Below are positions 9,537 through 17,892 of a stretch of DNA of 51,299 bases, one piece after another. A program made the position numbers and the translations under genes. Source of the DNA: Candidatus Amphirhobacter heronislandensis (GTDB taxonomy: Bacteria; Pseudomonadota; Gammaproteobacteria; Tethybacterales; Tethybacteraceae); contig MEIE01000004.1 in assembly GCA_001750625.1 (NCBI GenBank), positions 1 through 51,299 on the forward strand. Reading direction: 5' to 3'. A model generated the notes under the pieces. That model was not told the origin of the DNA and did not search any database. It saw only the letters and a program-made list of their open reading frames with translations. Each line of letters begins with the position of its first letter. Position 1 is the stretch's first letter.

Positions 9537-10232
9537 TCAGCTGCCGTCAATCGGACGGCCGGCCTTGGCAAGCTGCATGTTGCGGCGCACGTCGCTCCAT
9601 TTGGGCTTGAGCTCGAGCACGAGCCGGTAATCCTCGATCGCCTCCTCGTAGCGCTCGAGGCGGTGCCGCAGGACCGCGCGGTTGAAGATCCCTTCGGCGT
9701 AGGTGGGCTGGAGCTTGACGGCGCGGTCGAAGTCCTCCTCGGCCTGCTCGAAGCTGCCCAGGCGCATGTAGGACATGCCGCGGTTGCTGTGCCATTTGCC
9801 GTTGTTGGGCTTGAGCGCGATCGCGGTGCTGTAGTCGGCGACAGCCCTCTCGTCGTTCCCTTCGACCTGGTAGATCAGCGCCCGCGTGACGTAGTGGGTG
9901 GGCTCGTCCGGCTCGAGATCGATGCACGCGCTGAAGTCGGACAGCGCCAGCAGGCGGTTGCCCAGGCGCAGGTGGACGGCGCCGCGCATCCGGTGGGCGC
10001 GCGCGCTGGATTCGATGTCCAGCGCCTTGTCGAGCTCGATGAGCGCGTCCTCGTAGTTCTTGTTCTGCGAATGGCTCATCGCCCGCTTGAGGAAGTGCTC
10101 GGCGGCGATCGCGCTGGTGTCGATCTCCCCCTCCTCCTGCTGCGCGAGCGTGGCCTTGGACGCCAGCAGGGCCAGCAGCGCGGCGGCGGCGGCGCGGCGC
10201 GGGCGCGGACCGTAGCGGCGCATCTTCATCAT
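9537..10232 (-). CDS. secreted tetratricopeptide-repeat (TPR) protein
   Basis: The real start is ATG 10232 (MMKMRRYGPRPRRAAAAALLALLASKATLAQ, a signal peptide). Repeated A..Y..A..L.P TPR units follow (YEDALIELDKALDI, AVADYSTAIALKPNN, QAEEDFDRAVKLQP, EAIEDYRLVLELKP). The upstream part of the 535-aa track ORF is shadow. Confidence 0.75.
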   Translation of the reverse strand: MMKMRRYGPRPRRAAAAALLALLASKATLAQQEEGEIDTSAIAAEHFLKRAMSHSQNKNYEDALIELDKALDIESSARAHRMRGAVHLRLGNRLLALSDFSACIDLEPDEPTHYVTRALIYQVEGNDERAVADYSTAIALKPNNGKWHSNRGMSYMRLGSFEQAEEDFDRAVKLQPTYAEGIFNRAVLRHRLERYEEAIEDYRLVLELKPKWSDVRRNMQLAKAGRPIDGS

Positions 10233-10945
10233 CACGCGGCCTCCCGCAGCAGCGCGGGAAAATGGCTGGGGTAGTCCTGGACCAGCAGCCGCCGGGGCGG
10301 CTCGTCCTCCTCGATGGAGTTCGCGACGCCGACCGGCTCGTAGAAGAAATTGTCGTTGGCGTCGTCGTTGGCGAGGCTGATCTCGCTCGCGACCACGTCG
10401 CCGCCGGCCGCGACGAAGTCGTGGTAGACCTTCGGCTCGATGGTCAGGCTCTCGCCCTGGCGCAGAGTGACGCTCGCGCCAGGCAGGAACTCGCGCCGCT
10501 GGCCGTCGACCATGACGTTCAGGCGCCTGCTCTCGTCGAGCTCGCCGTTGCTGGCCGCGTGGTGCAGATGGACGTTGAGCGTGGCCTCGCTGCGGTTGAT
10601 CACGTCCTCGGTCTTGACGTTGTGGTAGTGGAACGGCGTGCGCTGGCCCTCGCGCTGGACGAGGAGCTTCTCGGCGTACAGCCGCCCCCGCCCCGCGGCG
10701 AGCTGGTGGTGGTCCCCCATGCGCAGGGTGAAGACGACCAGGCCGTTCTCGATGAAGTTGTCCAGGCCAAAGTCGGTGACGGTCCAGCCCAGCCCCGCGG
10801 TGACGATGCCCTCGCAGCCCTTGCTGCGGACGTTTGCGACGAGCTCCTCGGGCGGCCAGAACGCGAACGGCGGCAAAAAGCTCCCCGCCCCGTTGATCAG
10901 GTCCTCGGCGTCCGCCAAGATGGTGTTGATATGCGAGCGTTTCAT
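10232..10945 (-). CDS. D-lyxose/D-mannose ketol-isomerase-like cupin
   Basis: 237 aa; FAFWPPEE.., YAEKLLVQREGQRTPFHYHNVKTEDVINR, ..KVYHDF.. resemble the D-lyxose isomerase cupin family. Its stop overlaps the TPR gene start (TGATG). Confidence 0.65.
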   Translation of the reverse strand: MKRSHINTILADAEDLINGAGSFLPPFAFWPPEELVANVRSKGCEGIVTAGLGWTVTDFGLDNFIENGLVVFTLRMGDHHQLAAGRGRLYAEKLLVQREGQRTPFHYHNVKTEDVINRSEATLNVHLHHAASNGELDESRRLNVMVDGQRREFLPGASVTLRQGESLTIEPKVYHDFVAAGGDVVASEISLANDDANDNFFYEPVGVANSIEEDEPPRRLLVQDYPSHFPALLREAA

Positions 10946-10986
10946 GATCCCGGCTGCACGCCGAGATTCTATGCCAACACTTCAGC

Positions 10987-12144
10987 CTAGCCGCCGTCGT
11001 CTTCCTTCTTGCCCTTGGCGCCCAGCTCCTTGAGCTTGTTCGCGTACATCTCCAGCCCCTGCTTGCCCAGCAGGGACTTCTCCATGTCTTCGAGCTCCGC
11101 CTGGCTGGTGGCAAAGGCCTTCTTGAGTTTTTCCAGCCTTTCAACGGTGAGACCGAAGGTGTCGATTATCCTGCCAGCGGTCGCGGCGAACTCCTCGACG
11201 TTGGCGGCCTGCTTGTATCCACGCCACAGATGAGCCACCATCTGCAGCGAAACGATCAGATTGCTGGGGCCGAGAATGACGACGCCCTGCATCCGCTGGA
11301 TCTCCGCGACGAACTTGCCCTTCTGATGGCTCTGCAGCAGCTGCCATGCAGGCTCGATCGGCATGAACATGAGCGCGAAGCCAGGTGTTTCGCGTCCTTC
11401 GATTTTCTTGTATTTCGCGGTTTCCGCCGCCTGTTTCTTCACCGCCTCAACAAGCTTGCCAATTCCAGCCTTGCGGCCTTCCTCATCATCGCCGGCTTTG
11501 GCGTACTCCATGTAGCCAGCCAGCGAAACCTTGGAATCGATGGCGAGCACCTTTTCCGTAGCCTCTCCCTCCTTGGGAAGCTTGACCAGGACGTCAGGAC
11601 GCTGCTTTTTGCCCTCCTCTGTCTCGACGCTCGGCTGCCTCTCATAGGAAATCCCCTCTTCAAGGCCCGCGATTTCCAAGATCTTCTCCAGCGCGTGCTC
11701 GCCCCAGTCGCCCATCATCTTCACGTCGCCGCGCAAAGCATCGGAGAGCGTATCAGCCTTGTCGGAAAGAGTTTCCGCTTTTGTCCCTAAGTTGCTGATT
11801 GAGCGCATTACTTCATCATGAGCGGAGCCGGATTTGATCGAGCTCTTCTCGGCAAGCTGGGAAAATTTCTCGATTTCTTCCTTGGCCTTCTCCAGGTGGT
11901 CCCGCACCGGCGCCAGGCTCTTGCCAATGGTCCGGTCAAGCGATTCGCTGGCTTCGGCCTGCTGCTTGTACAGCGCCTCGTTCGACGCACTCTTGAAGCC
12001 CAGCTCCGCCTTGGCCAGCGCTTCTTCGACCGTTTCCTTGACCGACGACCGCATTTCCGCCATCTCCTTCCGCGCCCGCCAGATCAACGCCAGCAGCGCG
12101 ATGATCGCCGCCAGCAGAAGTCCCGTTATCATCCAGTTGATCAT
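10987..12144 (-). CDS. rmuC: DNA recombination protein RmuC
   Basis: N-terminal TM anchor and a long coiled-coil, followed by an RmuC nuclease-like C-terminus (PDVLVKLP..LAIDSKVSL..Y, FALMFMP.E). GC is visibly lower than in neighbours. Confidence 0.8.
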   Translation of the reverse strand: MINWMITGLLLAAIIALLALIWRARKEMAEMRSSVKETVEEALAKAELGFKSASNEALYKQQAEASESLDRTIGKSLAPVRDHLEKAKEEIEKFSQLAEKSSIKSGSAHDEVMRSISNLGTKAETLSDKADTLSDALRGDVKMMGDWGEHALEKILEIAGLEEGISYERQPSVETEEGKKQRPDVLVKLPKEGEATEKVLAIDSKVSLAGYMEYAKAGDDEEGRKAGIGKLVEAVKKQAAETAKYKKIEGRETPGFALMFMPIEPAWQLLQSHQKGKFVAEIQRMQGVVILGPSNLIVSLQMVAHLWRGYKQAANVEEFAATAGRIIDTFGLTVERLEKLKKAFATSQAELEDMEKSLLGKQGLEMYANKLKELGAKGKKEDDGG

Positions 12145-12282
12145 TGCAAATCTCCTAATGAATTGTATTTGTTCCTAGGTAGATAGATAGGCGCAGGCAG
12201 GGCGAGAGTCAAGCCCGGAGCGCGCCGGCGGCCAGCCAGCGCCGGCCAGGGGTAGCTTCCCACACGGCGGCGCCCGCCTTAT

Positions 12283-12399
12283 TCATATGCTGCGGCCATC
12301 ATCGTCGTCATTCCCCATCGAGAAGAGGGCCCAGATTTCCACTCCGAGCCAGATGACCAAGCCCAGCAGGCCAAGAAGGGCGAGCAGCCTGTCCATCAT
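12283..12399 (-). CDS. hypothetical 38-aa membrane peptide (MMDRLLALLGLLGLVIWLGVEIWALFSMGNDDDDGRSI)
   Basis: The ATG lies 2 nt after the EamA stop. It has one hydrophobic helix and an acidic tail. No homology evidence is available to me. Confidence 0.25.
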   Translation of the reverse strand: MMDRLLALLGLLGLVIWLGVEIWALFSMGNDDDDGRSI

Positions 12400-12401
12400 C
12401 G

Positions 12402-13343
12402 TCAGTCCAGGCTCGACGCGGCCTGCGCCGCGGCCAGCTGCCGCGCGGCGCGCAGCTCCATGCGCACAATGAAGACGTTCGCCACGATCACGACCGCGCA
12501 GCCCAGCAGCGCGAAAGCGTCGGGGACGGTGTCGAAGAAGAAGACGTCGGCGATCACCATCCACACGATCTGGGTGTAGAACCACGAGGCCATCTCCGGC
12601 GCCGGCACCAGCCGGCTGGCGTAGATCAGCAGGTAGTGGCCGAAGCCGCCGAAGACCACGCCCAGCGACATCGCCGCGGCCCACAGCCAGAGGCTGTCGG
12701 GCCCCTCCCAGGTGCCGCTGATCAGCAGCAGCGGCGGCAGCAGCATGAGCACCCCGCCGAAGCTCGTGTACAGCGTCGTGGTCGCCACCGGATCGGCCTT
12801 GGCCAGCAGCCGGGTGAGCATGGTGTAGCAGGAGAAGGTGCAGGCGGCGGCCAGCACGTAGACGAAGCGCCAGCTGAAGTCCTCGGTGCCCGGCCGCATC
12901 ACCAGCAGCACGCCGGCCATCCCCAGGCCGATGAAGATCCAGCGCGCCGGCGGCAGCCGCTCGCCGAGCACGAACGGCGCCAGGCCCGCGATCAGCATCG
13001 GATAGATGAAGAACACCGAGATCGAGGTCGTCAGCGGCAGCGTCTCGATGGCGCTGTAGTACAGGTAGGAGGTCGCCGCCAGGAAAAAGGAGCGCGCCAG
13101 CTGCAGGCGCCAGCGCGGCGTGCGCAGCGAGCGCAGGATGCCAGCCTCGCTGAAGCCGACCTGGACCAGGTTCAGCAGCAGGTTGCCGAAGAACCGGAAC
13201 CAGATGATGAACAGCACCGGAAAGTAAGGGAACAGCAGCTTGGCCGCGATGTCCTGGCAGGAGAACAGGAACAGCGTGAACAGCAGCAGGCCGATGCCCG
13301 CGAGCTTGGTGCCGTCCGCGTCGGCGGGCGCCGCGGCGCTCAC
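12402..13343 (-). CDS. EamA/DMT-family transporter
   Basis: About 10 TM segments with the duplicated EamA layout. I prefer the GTG start at 13343, which forms a GTGA overlap with the alkA-like stop; the track start 13544 lies inside the upstream gene. Confidence 0.8.
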   Translation of the reverse strand: MSAAAPADADGTKLAGIGLLLFTLFLFSCQDIAAKLLFPYFPVLFIIWFRFFGNLLLNLVQVGFSEAGILRSLRTPRWRLQLARSFFLAATSYLYYSAIETLPLTTSISVFFIYPMLIAGLAPFVLGERLPPARWIFIGLGMAGVLLVMRPGTEDFSWRFVYVLAAACTFSCYTMLTRLLAKADPVATTTLYTSFGGVLMLLPPLLLISGTWEGPDSLWLWAAAMSLGVVFGGFGHYLLIYASRLVPAPEMASWFYTQIVWMVIADVFFFDTVPDAFALLGCAVVIVANVFIVRMELRAARQLAAAQAASSLD

Positions 13344-13978
13344 GCGGCCAGGTTCCACAGGTAGGCGGCCGCCACCGTGCGGTACGGCGCCCATTTCGGA
13401 GCCGTGGTCCGCAGCCGCGCGGCCGCGCGCTCCATGTCCTTGGTCCCGAAGGCCCGCGCCGCGCCGCGGATGATGCCGACGTCGCCATGCGGCATGACGT
13501 CCTGCCGGCCGAGCCCGAACATCAGCACCATCTCGGCCGTCCACGGCCCCACCCCCTTGATCGCCGTCAGCGCCTCGCGGACCTCGTCGTCCGGCAGCCG
13601 CCCGAGCCGCAGCAGCCTGTCCTCGGCCAAGAAGGCCCGCGCGCAGGCCGCCACGCAGGCCGCCTTCGAGGCCGACAGGCCGGCGCCGCGCAGCTGCGGC
13701 AGCCGCAGCTTTGCCAGCTCCTCGGCCGTGAAGGGCATCGGCGCCAGCGCGTCCAGGCGCCGCATGATCGCGCCCGCCGCGGTCCGGGAAATCTGCTGGC
13801 CGGCGATCGCCACGATCAGCGAGTTGAAGGGCCGCGAGCGCATGCCGAGCACCGGCCGCGGCTGCGCCTGCGCCACCGGCCCCAGATGCCGGTCCCGCCG
13901 CAGGAAGGCGACCGCCGCCGCCACGTCCTTCGGCGCGATCGGCATGCGCTTTTGGTCGAGGACGAAGCCCTTGTCCAT
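13340..13978 (-). CDS. HhH-GPD DNA glycosylase (DNA-3-methyladenine glycosylase II / AlkA-like)
   Basis: ATG 13978 overlaps the yyaL stop (TGATG). It carries a helix-hairpin-helix region (LTAIKGVGPWTAEMVLMFGLGRQDV.PHGDVGI) with the catalytic Asp. Confidence 0.75.
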   Translation of the reverse strand: MDKGFVLDQKRMPIAPKDVAAAVAFLRRDRHLGPVAQAQPRPVLGMRSRPFNSLIVAIAGQQISRTAAGAIMRRLDALAPMPFTAEELAKLRLPQLRGAGLSASKAACVAACARAFLAEDRLLRLGRLPDDEVREALTAIKGVGPWTAEMVLMFGLGRQDVMPHGDVGIIRGAARAFGTKDMERAAARLRTTAPKWAPYRTVAAAYLWNLAA

Positions 13979-16026
13979 CACGCGGCGCCCAGACGGCTCT
14001 TGAGCTGCTCGAGGTCGCTGAGGGGCTCGCCGCACTTCATCCCGCTGCACGGATAGGCCTGGTAGCCGCCCGCCGCCGCCGCCGGCTTGGCGACCGCCGG
14101 CGCGGCGTCGGGACCGGCGACGACCAGCAGCGCGCCGCGGGCGTACGCCGGCAGCAGGGCCTTGATCCAGGCCGCCGCCTCGGCGCCCGCGGGGAAAATC
14201 GCCATCGGCGGCGGCGATTCCAGCAGCTCGGCGGCGCGCAGCAGCGTCGGGCAGTGGCTGGGCCCTTCGCGCAGATGGACGCCGAAGGCCTTGACGATCG
14301 CTTCGGCCCGGTCAAGATGCTGCGGCTGGGCGCTGAGATGGGCGAAGTTCACCAGGGCCTGGGCGACGACGCCGTTGCCCGAGGGCTGGGAGCCGTCGTC
14401 GCAGGAGCGGGTCCGGCGCAGCGCCTGCGGCGCGTCCTTCGGCGCGAACAGCAGGCCGCCGCCGCCATCGTCGAACAGCGCGCCGATCGCCTCGATCATC
14501 GCCTCGACCTCCTTGATGCGCGCCACGCTCGGATCTTCCTGCAGCATGGTCACCCGCGCCTGCAGCCAATAGGCCCAGTCGTCCAAGAAGGCGCCCTGGG
14601 CAGCCAGCCCCGCCTCGGTGCGGTACAGCATCAGGCGGCCGTCCGCATGCAGCCGCCGCGCGATGAATTCGTCCGCCTGGCGCGCCGCGGCCCGCAGGCC
14701 GCCGTCGTCCATGATCCGCCCCGCCACCGCGAACGCCTGCGCCGCCAGGGCGCAGTGGCCGGCGAGCATCTTGCCGTCGGCCGCCGGCGCCGGCCGTTCG
14801 GCGCGCAGCGCCCGCAGCCGCGCCAGGGCCGCCGCGAGCTCCGGCGGCCGGCCTTCGTAGGCCGGCGCGCGCTTCATGCGCAGATGGAGCATCCCGCCGG
14901 CGAAGTTGGCCGGCTCGGCGGCGTTGGCGTGGGCGTCGAGGGCGGCGAGCCCAGCCGCGTCGAGCTCGCGCTCGAGCTCGGCGCGCTCCCAGACGTAGTA
15001 GCGGCCCTCCTCGCCCTCGCTGTCGGCGTCGAGCGCCGAGGCGTAGCCGCCCGGCTCGATCTCCATTTCGGTCCGCAGCCAGGCGAGGACGTCCGCCGCG
15101 ACCTCGAGGTAGTTCTCGTTGCCGTAAATCGCCCCGGCGCGGGCGTACAGCTCGGCGAGCATGGCGTTGTCCGTCAGCATTTTCTCGAAATGCGGGATGT
15201 CCCAGGTCGGATCGACGCAGTAGCGGAAGAAGCCGCCGCCGACATGGTCCCGCAGCCCGCGCTGCGCCATCACGTCCAGGGTCAGGCCCATCGGCGCGCG
15301 CAGCCGCCCGTCGTCGGCGTCGGCGTGGGCCAGCGCGTAGTGCAGCGACGGCAGCTGCGGGAACTTCGGCGCCCGGTCCAGGCCGCCGTTGTCTTGATCG
15401 AAGCGCTGCAAAAGCTGCCGCCGGCACTGCTCGCCGGCCGCGGCCGCGTCGCAGCCTTCCTTGCCGGGCGCCTCGTCGAGCCGCGCGATGCGCTCGCCGA
15501 CGTGGCCGTTCTGCTCCTCGATCTGCTCCCGGCCGTTTTGCCACACCACCATGACCCGGCGCAGGATGTCGCTGAGGCTGGGCATGCTGCCGCGCGGCTG
15601 CGGCGGATAGTAGGTCCCCGCATGGAACGGCACCAGGTCGCCGGGCGCGAGGAAAGCCGTCAGCGGCCAGCCGCCGGCCTGGCGGCTCAGCAGGAAATAG
15701 GCCATCTGGTAGGTCTTGTCGAGGTCGGGCCGCTCCTCGCGGTCGACCTTGACGCAGACGAAGTTCTCGTTCATCAGCGCCGCGACCTCGGCGTCCGCGA
15801 AGGACTCCTTCTCCATCACGTGGCACCAGTGGCAGGAAGCGTAGCCGATCGACAGCAGGATCGGGACGTCCTTGTTCCGCGCCAGCGCCAGCGCCTCCTC
15901 GTCCCACGGCTGCCAGTGGACCGGATTGTCTTTGTGCTGCAGCAGATAGGGGCTGAGGCTGGAGCCCAGGCGGTTGCTGGCGGCGATCGGCGGCATGGAT
16001 TCGGCAAACGGGCGGCGACCTGTCAA
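13978..16026 (-). CDS. yyaL: thioredoxin-domain protein, DUF255/YyaL family
   Basis: SPYLLQHKDNPVHWQPWDEEAL..PILLSIGYASCHWCHVMEKESF is the DUF255 signature, followed by a long alpha/alpha-toroid-like C-terminal part. ATG 15996 is an alternative start. Confidence 0.85.
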   Translation of the reverse strand: MTGRRPFAESMPPIAASNRLGSSLSPYLLQHKDNPVHWQPWDEEALALARNKDVPILLSIGYASCHWCHVMEKESFADAEVAALMNENFVCVKVDREERPDLDKTYQMAYFLLSRQAGGWPLTAFLAPGDLVPFHAGTYYPPQPRGSMPSLSDILRRVMVVWQNGREQIEEQNGHVGERIARLDEAPGKEGCDAAAAGEQCRRQLLQRFDQDNGGLDRAPKFPQLPSLHYALAHADADDGRLRAPMGLTLDVMAQRGLRDHVGGGFFRYCVDPTWDIPHFEKMLTDNAMLAELYARAGAIYGNENYLEVAADVLAWLRTEMEIEPGGYASALDADSEGEEGRYYVWERAELERELDAAGLAALDAHANAAEPANFAGGMLHLRMKRAPAYEGRPPELAAALARLRALRAERPAPAADGKMLAGHCALAAQAFAVAGRIMDDGGLRAAARQADEFIARRLHADGRLMLYRTEAGLAAQGAFLDDWAYWLQARVTMLQEDPSVARIKEVEAMIEAIGALFDDGGGGLLFAPKDAPQALRRTRSCDDGSQPSGNGVVAQALVNFAHLSAQPQHLDRAEAIVKAFGVHLREGPSHCPTLLRAAELLESPPPMAIFPAGAEAAAWIKALLPAYARGALLVVAGPDAAPAVAKPAAAAGGYQAYPCSGMKCGEPLSDLEQLKSRLGAA

Positions 16027-16027
16027 T

Positions 16028-16033
16028 TATAAT
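16028..16033 (+). promoter_or_regulatory. candidate -10 box (TATAAT, within the palindrome AATTATAATT) for the SMP-30 gene
   Basis: A perfect TATAAT lies 34 nt upstream of ATG 16068, with a strong SD AGGAGAGGG at 16055-16063. No convincing -35 was found. Confidence 0.35.
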
Positions 16034-16067
16034 TGCATAGCCACGGACGCCGCTAGGAGAGGGAAAG

Positions 16068-16958
16068 ATGAAAGCTGAGCTGCTGCTCGACTGCGCCGAC
16101 GCGCTCGGCGAGGGCCTTTTCCACGACGCCGCGGCCGGCGCGCTGTGGTGGGTCGACATCCCGACGCCGTCCAAGCTGCACCGCCTCGAGCTCGCCTCCG
16201 GCGCGCACAAGAGCTGGGAGATGCCCGAGATGATCAGCTTCGCCGTCCCTCGCGCCAGCGGCGGCATGCTCGTCGCCGGCCACGGCGGCCTCAGCTCCTT
16301 CGATCCGGCCGACGGCGCCCTCAAGCGCATCCGCCAGCTCGAGGACCGGCCCTTCAACCGCAGCAACGACGCCTGCTGCGACGCCGCCGGCAACCTGTGG
16401 GTCGGCACCATGCAGAACAACTTCGCGCCGGACCGCAGCGCCATCGCCATCGTCGGCGGCAGCGGCGCGCTGTACCGCGTCGGCCACGGCCTCGACGTCG
16501 AGCTCAAGCTCGACGGCATCGAGATTCCCAACGCCTGCTGCTTCAGCCCCGACGGCCGGACCATGTACTTCTGCGACACGCCGCGCAACATGATCTGCGC
16601 CTACGACGTCGATCCGGCCAGCGGCGAACTCGGGCCGCCGCGCGACTTCGCCACCCATGAGCGCGGCGGGCCGGACGGCGCGACGGTCGACGCCGACGGC
16701 GGCGTGTGGAACGCCCGCTACGGCGGCGGCTGCGTCATCCGCTTCGCGCCGGACGGCGGCGTCGACCAGGTCGTCGAGGTCCCCGCCTCCCAGGTGACCT
16801 GCTGCGGCTTCGGCGGGCCCGAGCTCGACACCCTGTACATCACCACCGCCCGCAACGGCCTCACGCCCGCCCAGCTCGAGGCCGAGCCCCACGCCGGCGG
16901 GCTGTTCGCGGTCAAGCCCGGCCGCAAGGGCCTCGCCGACCAGCGCTTCGGCGGCTAG
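16068..16958 (+). CDS. SMP-30/gluconolactonase/LRE family protein
   Basis: LGEGLFHD...LWWVDI.., NDACCDAAGNLWVGT, PNACCFSPDGRTMYFCDT, DGATVDADGGVWNA are six-bladed propeller lactonase motifs. Confidence 0.85.
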   Translation: MKAELLLDCADALGEGLFHDAAAGALWWVDIPTPSKLHRLELASGAHKSWEMPEMISFAVPRASGGMLVAGHGGLSSFDPADGALKRIRQLEDRPFNRSNDACCDAAGNLWVGTMQNNFAPDRSAIAIVGGSGALYRVGHGLDVELKLDGIEIPNACCFSPDGRTMYFCDTPRNMICAYDVDPASGELGPPRDFATHERGGPDGATVDADGGVWNARYGGGCVIRFAPDGGVDQVVEVPASQVTCCGFGGPELDTLYITTARNGLTPAQLEAEPHAGGLFAVKPGRKGLADQRFGG

Positions 16959-17887
16959 CCGGGCCGGTTGACCGGCGTCAGCGGCGGCCGGCCGGCCTGG
17001 ACCGCGGCGATGTTGTCGAGCACCAGCATCCCCATCAGCGTCCGCGTCTTGAGCGTCCCGCTGCCCATGTGCGGCGACAGCAGCACGTTGGGCAGGTCCT
17101 TGAAGGCGCCGGCGCTGCGCTCGCGCTGCGCGTAGACGTCCAGCGCCGCCCCCGCGATGCGCCGCTCGCGCAGCGCCGCGAGCAGCGCGTCCTCGTCCAC
17201 CGAGGTCCCGCGGCCGACGTTGACGAAATAGCCCTGCGGGCCCAGCGCGTCGAGCACGGCGGCGTCAACCATGCCGGCGGTGCTCGCGTCGCCGGGGACC
17301 ACGCAGCACAGGATGTCGCTCCACGCCGCCAGCTCGCGGACGTCGGCGATGAACGGCCAGGCCAGCTCGGGTTTCGGCGTCCGGCTCGCGTAGGCGATCT
17401 CCATCTTGCAGGGGGCCGCCCGCGCCGCGATCTCGCGGCCGATCGCGCCCATGCCTAAGATGCCCAGCCGGCGGCCCAGCAGGCCGTCGGTCAGATGGTA
17501 GTCGCCCTGCGCCAGCCAGGCGCCGCCGCGCACATGGGCGTCCGCCTGCGGCAGCTCCCGCAGCAGCGCCAGCATCAGCCCCAGGGCCAGGTCGGCGACC
17601 TCGTCGCTGAGGACCCCGGGGGTGTTGCTCACCCAGGCGCCCTGCGCCGCGGCCCGTTCGGCGTCGATGCCGTCGTAGCCGACGCCGTAGCAGGCGATGA
17701 TCTTGAGCTGCGGCGCCGTCCACGCCCAGGCCGGGACGCCGAAGACGCTGTTGGTGATCAAGGCGTCGACCGAGTCGGCGTCCGCGGCCGCCTGCTCCGC
17801 CGCGACCAGCTCATGCTCGGCCTCGGCCCGCGCCTTGACCTCGGGCAGCTCCGCCAGGTCCAGGCAGCAGGCGACGCGCCAGGCCAT
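16955..17887 (-). CDS. D-isomer-specific 2-hydroxyacid dehydrogenase (glyoxylate/hydroxypyruvate reductase-like)
   Basis: NAD-binding motif LGILGMGAIGREIA, plus NVGRGTSVDEDAL and SPHMGSGT. Its stop overlaps the converging SMP-30 stop (CTAG). Confidence 0.85.
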   Translation of the reverse strand: MAWRVACCLDLAELPEVKARAEAEHELVAAEQAAADADSVDALITNSVFGVPAWAWTAPQLKIIACYGVGYDGIDAERAAAQGAWVSNTPGVLSDEVADLALGLMLALLRELPQADAHVRGGAWLAQGDYHLTDGLLGRRLGILGMGAIGREIAARAAPCKMEIAYASRTPKPELAWPFIADVRELAAWSDILCCVVPGDASTAGMVDAAVLDALGPQGYFVNVGRGTSVDEDALLAALRERRIAGAALDVYAQRERSAGAFKDLPNVLLSPHMGSGTLKTRTLMGMLVLDNIAAVQAGRPPLTPVNRPG

Positions 17888-17892
17888 CGCCC

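Noticed and set aside
11230-11790. 186-aa plus-strand ORF antisense to rmuC with less extreme composition
   Set aside because: It has no start context or SD, lies wholly inside a well-supported gene, and has no recognisable motif. The lower GC of rmuC simply makes the antisense frame look less Arg-rich.
12180-12282. Possible structured element in the gap upstream of rmuC (repeated GCGCCGGC strings)
   Set aside because: The GCGCCGGC copies are direct repeats, not inverted ones, and GC-rich octamers like this recur by chance at this base composition. No stable stem-loop could be drawn.
14254-16591. 759-aa (minus) and 592-aa (plus) ORFs overlapping yyaL and the SMP-30 gene
   Set aside because: These are alternative-frame or antisense shadows of genes with clear family signatures, and their composition is low-complexity and Arg-rich.
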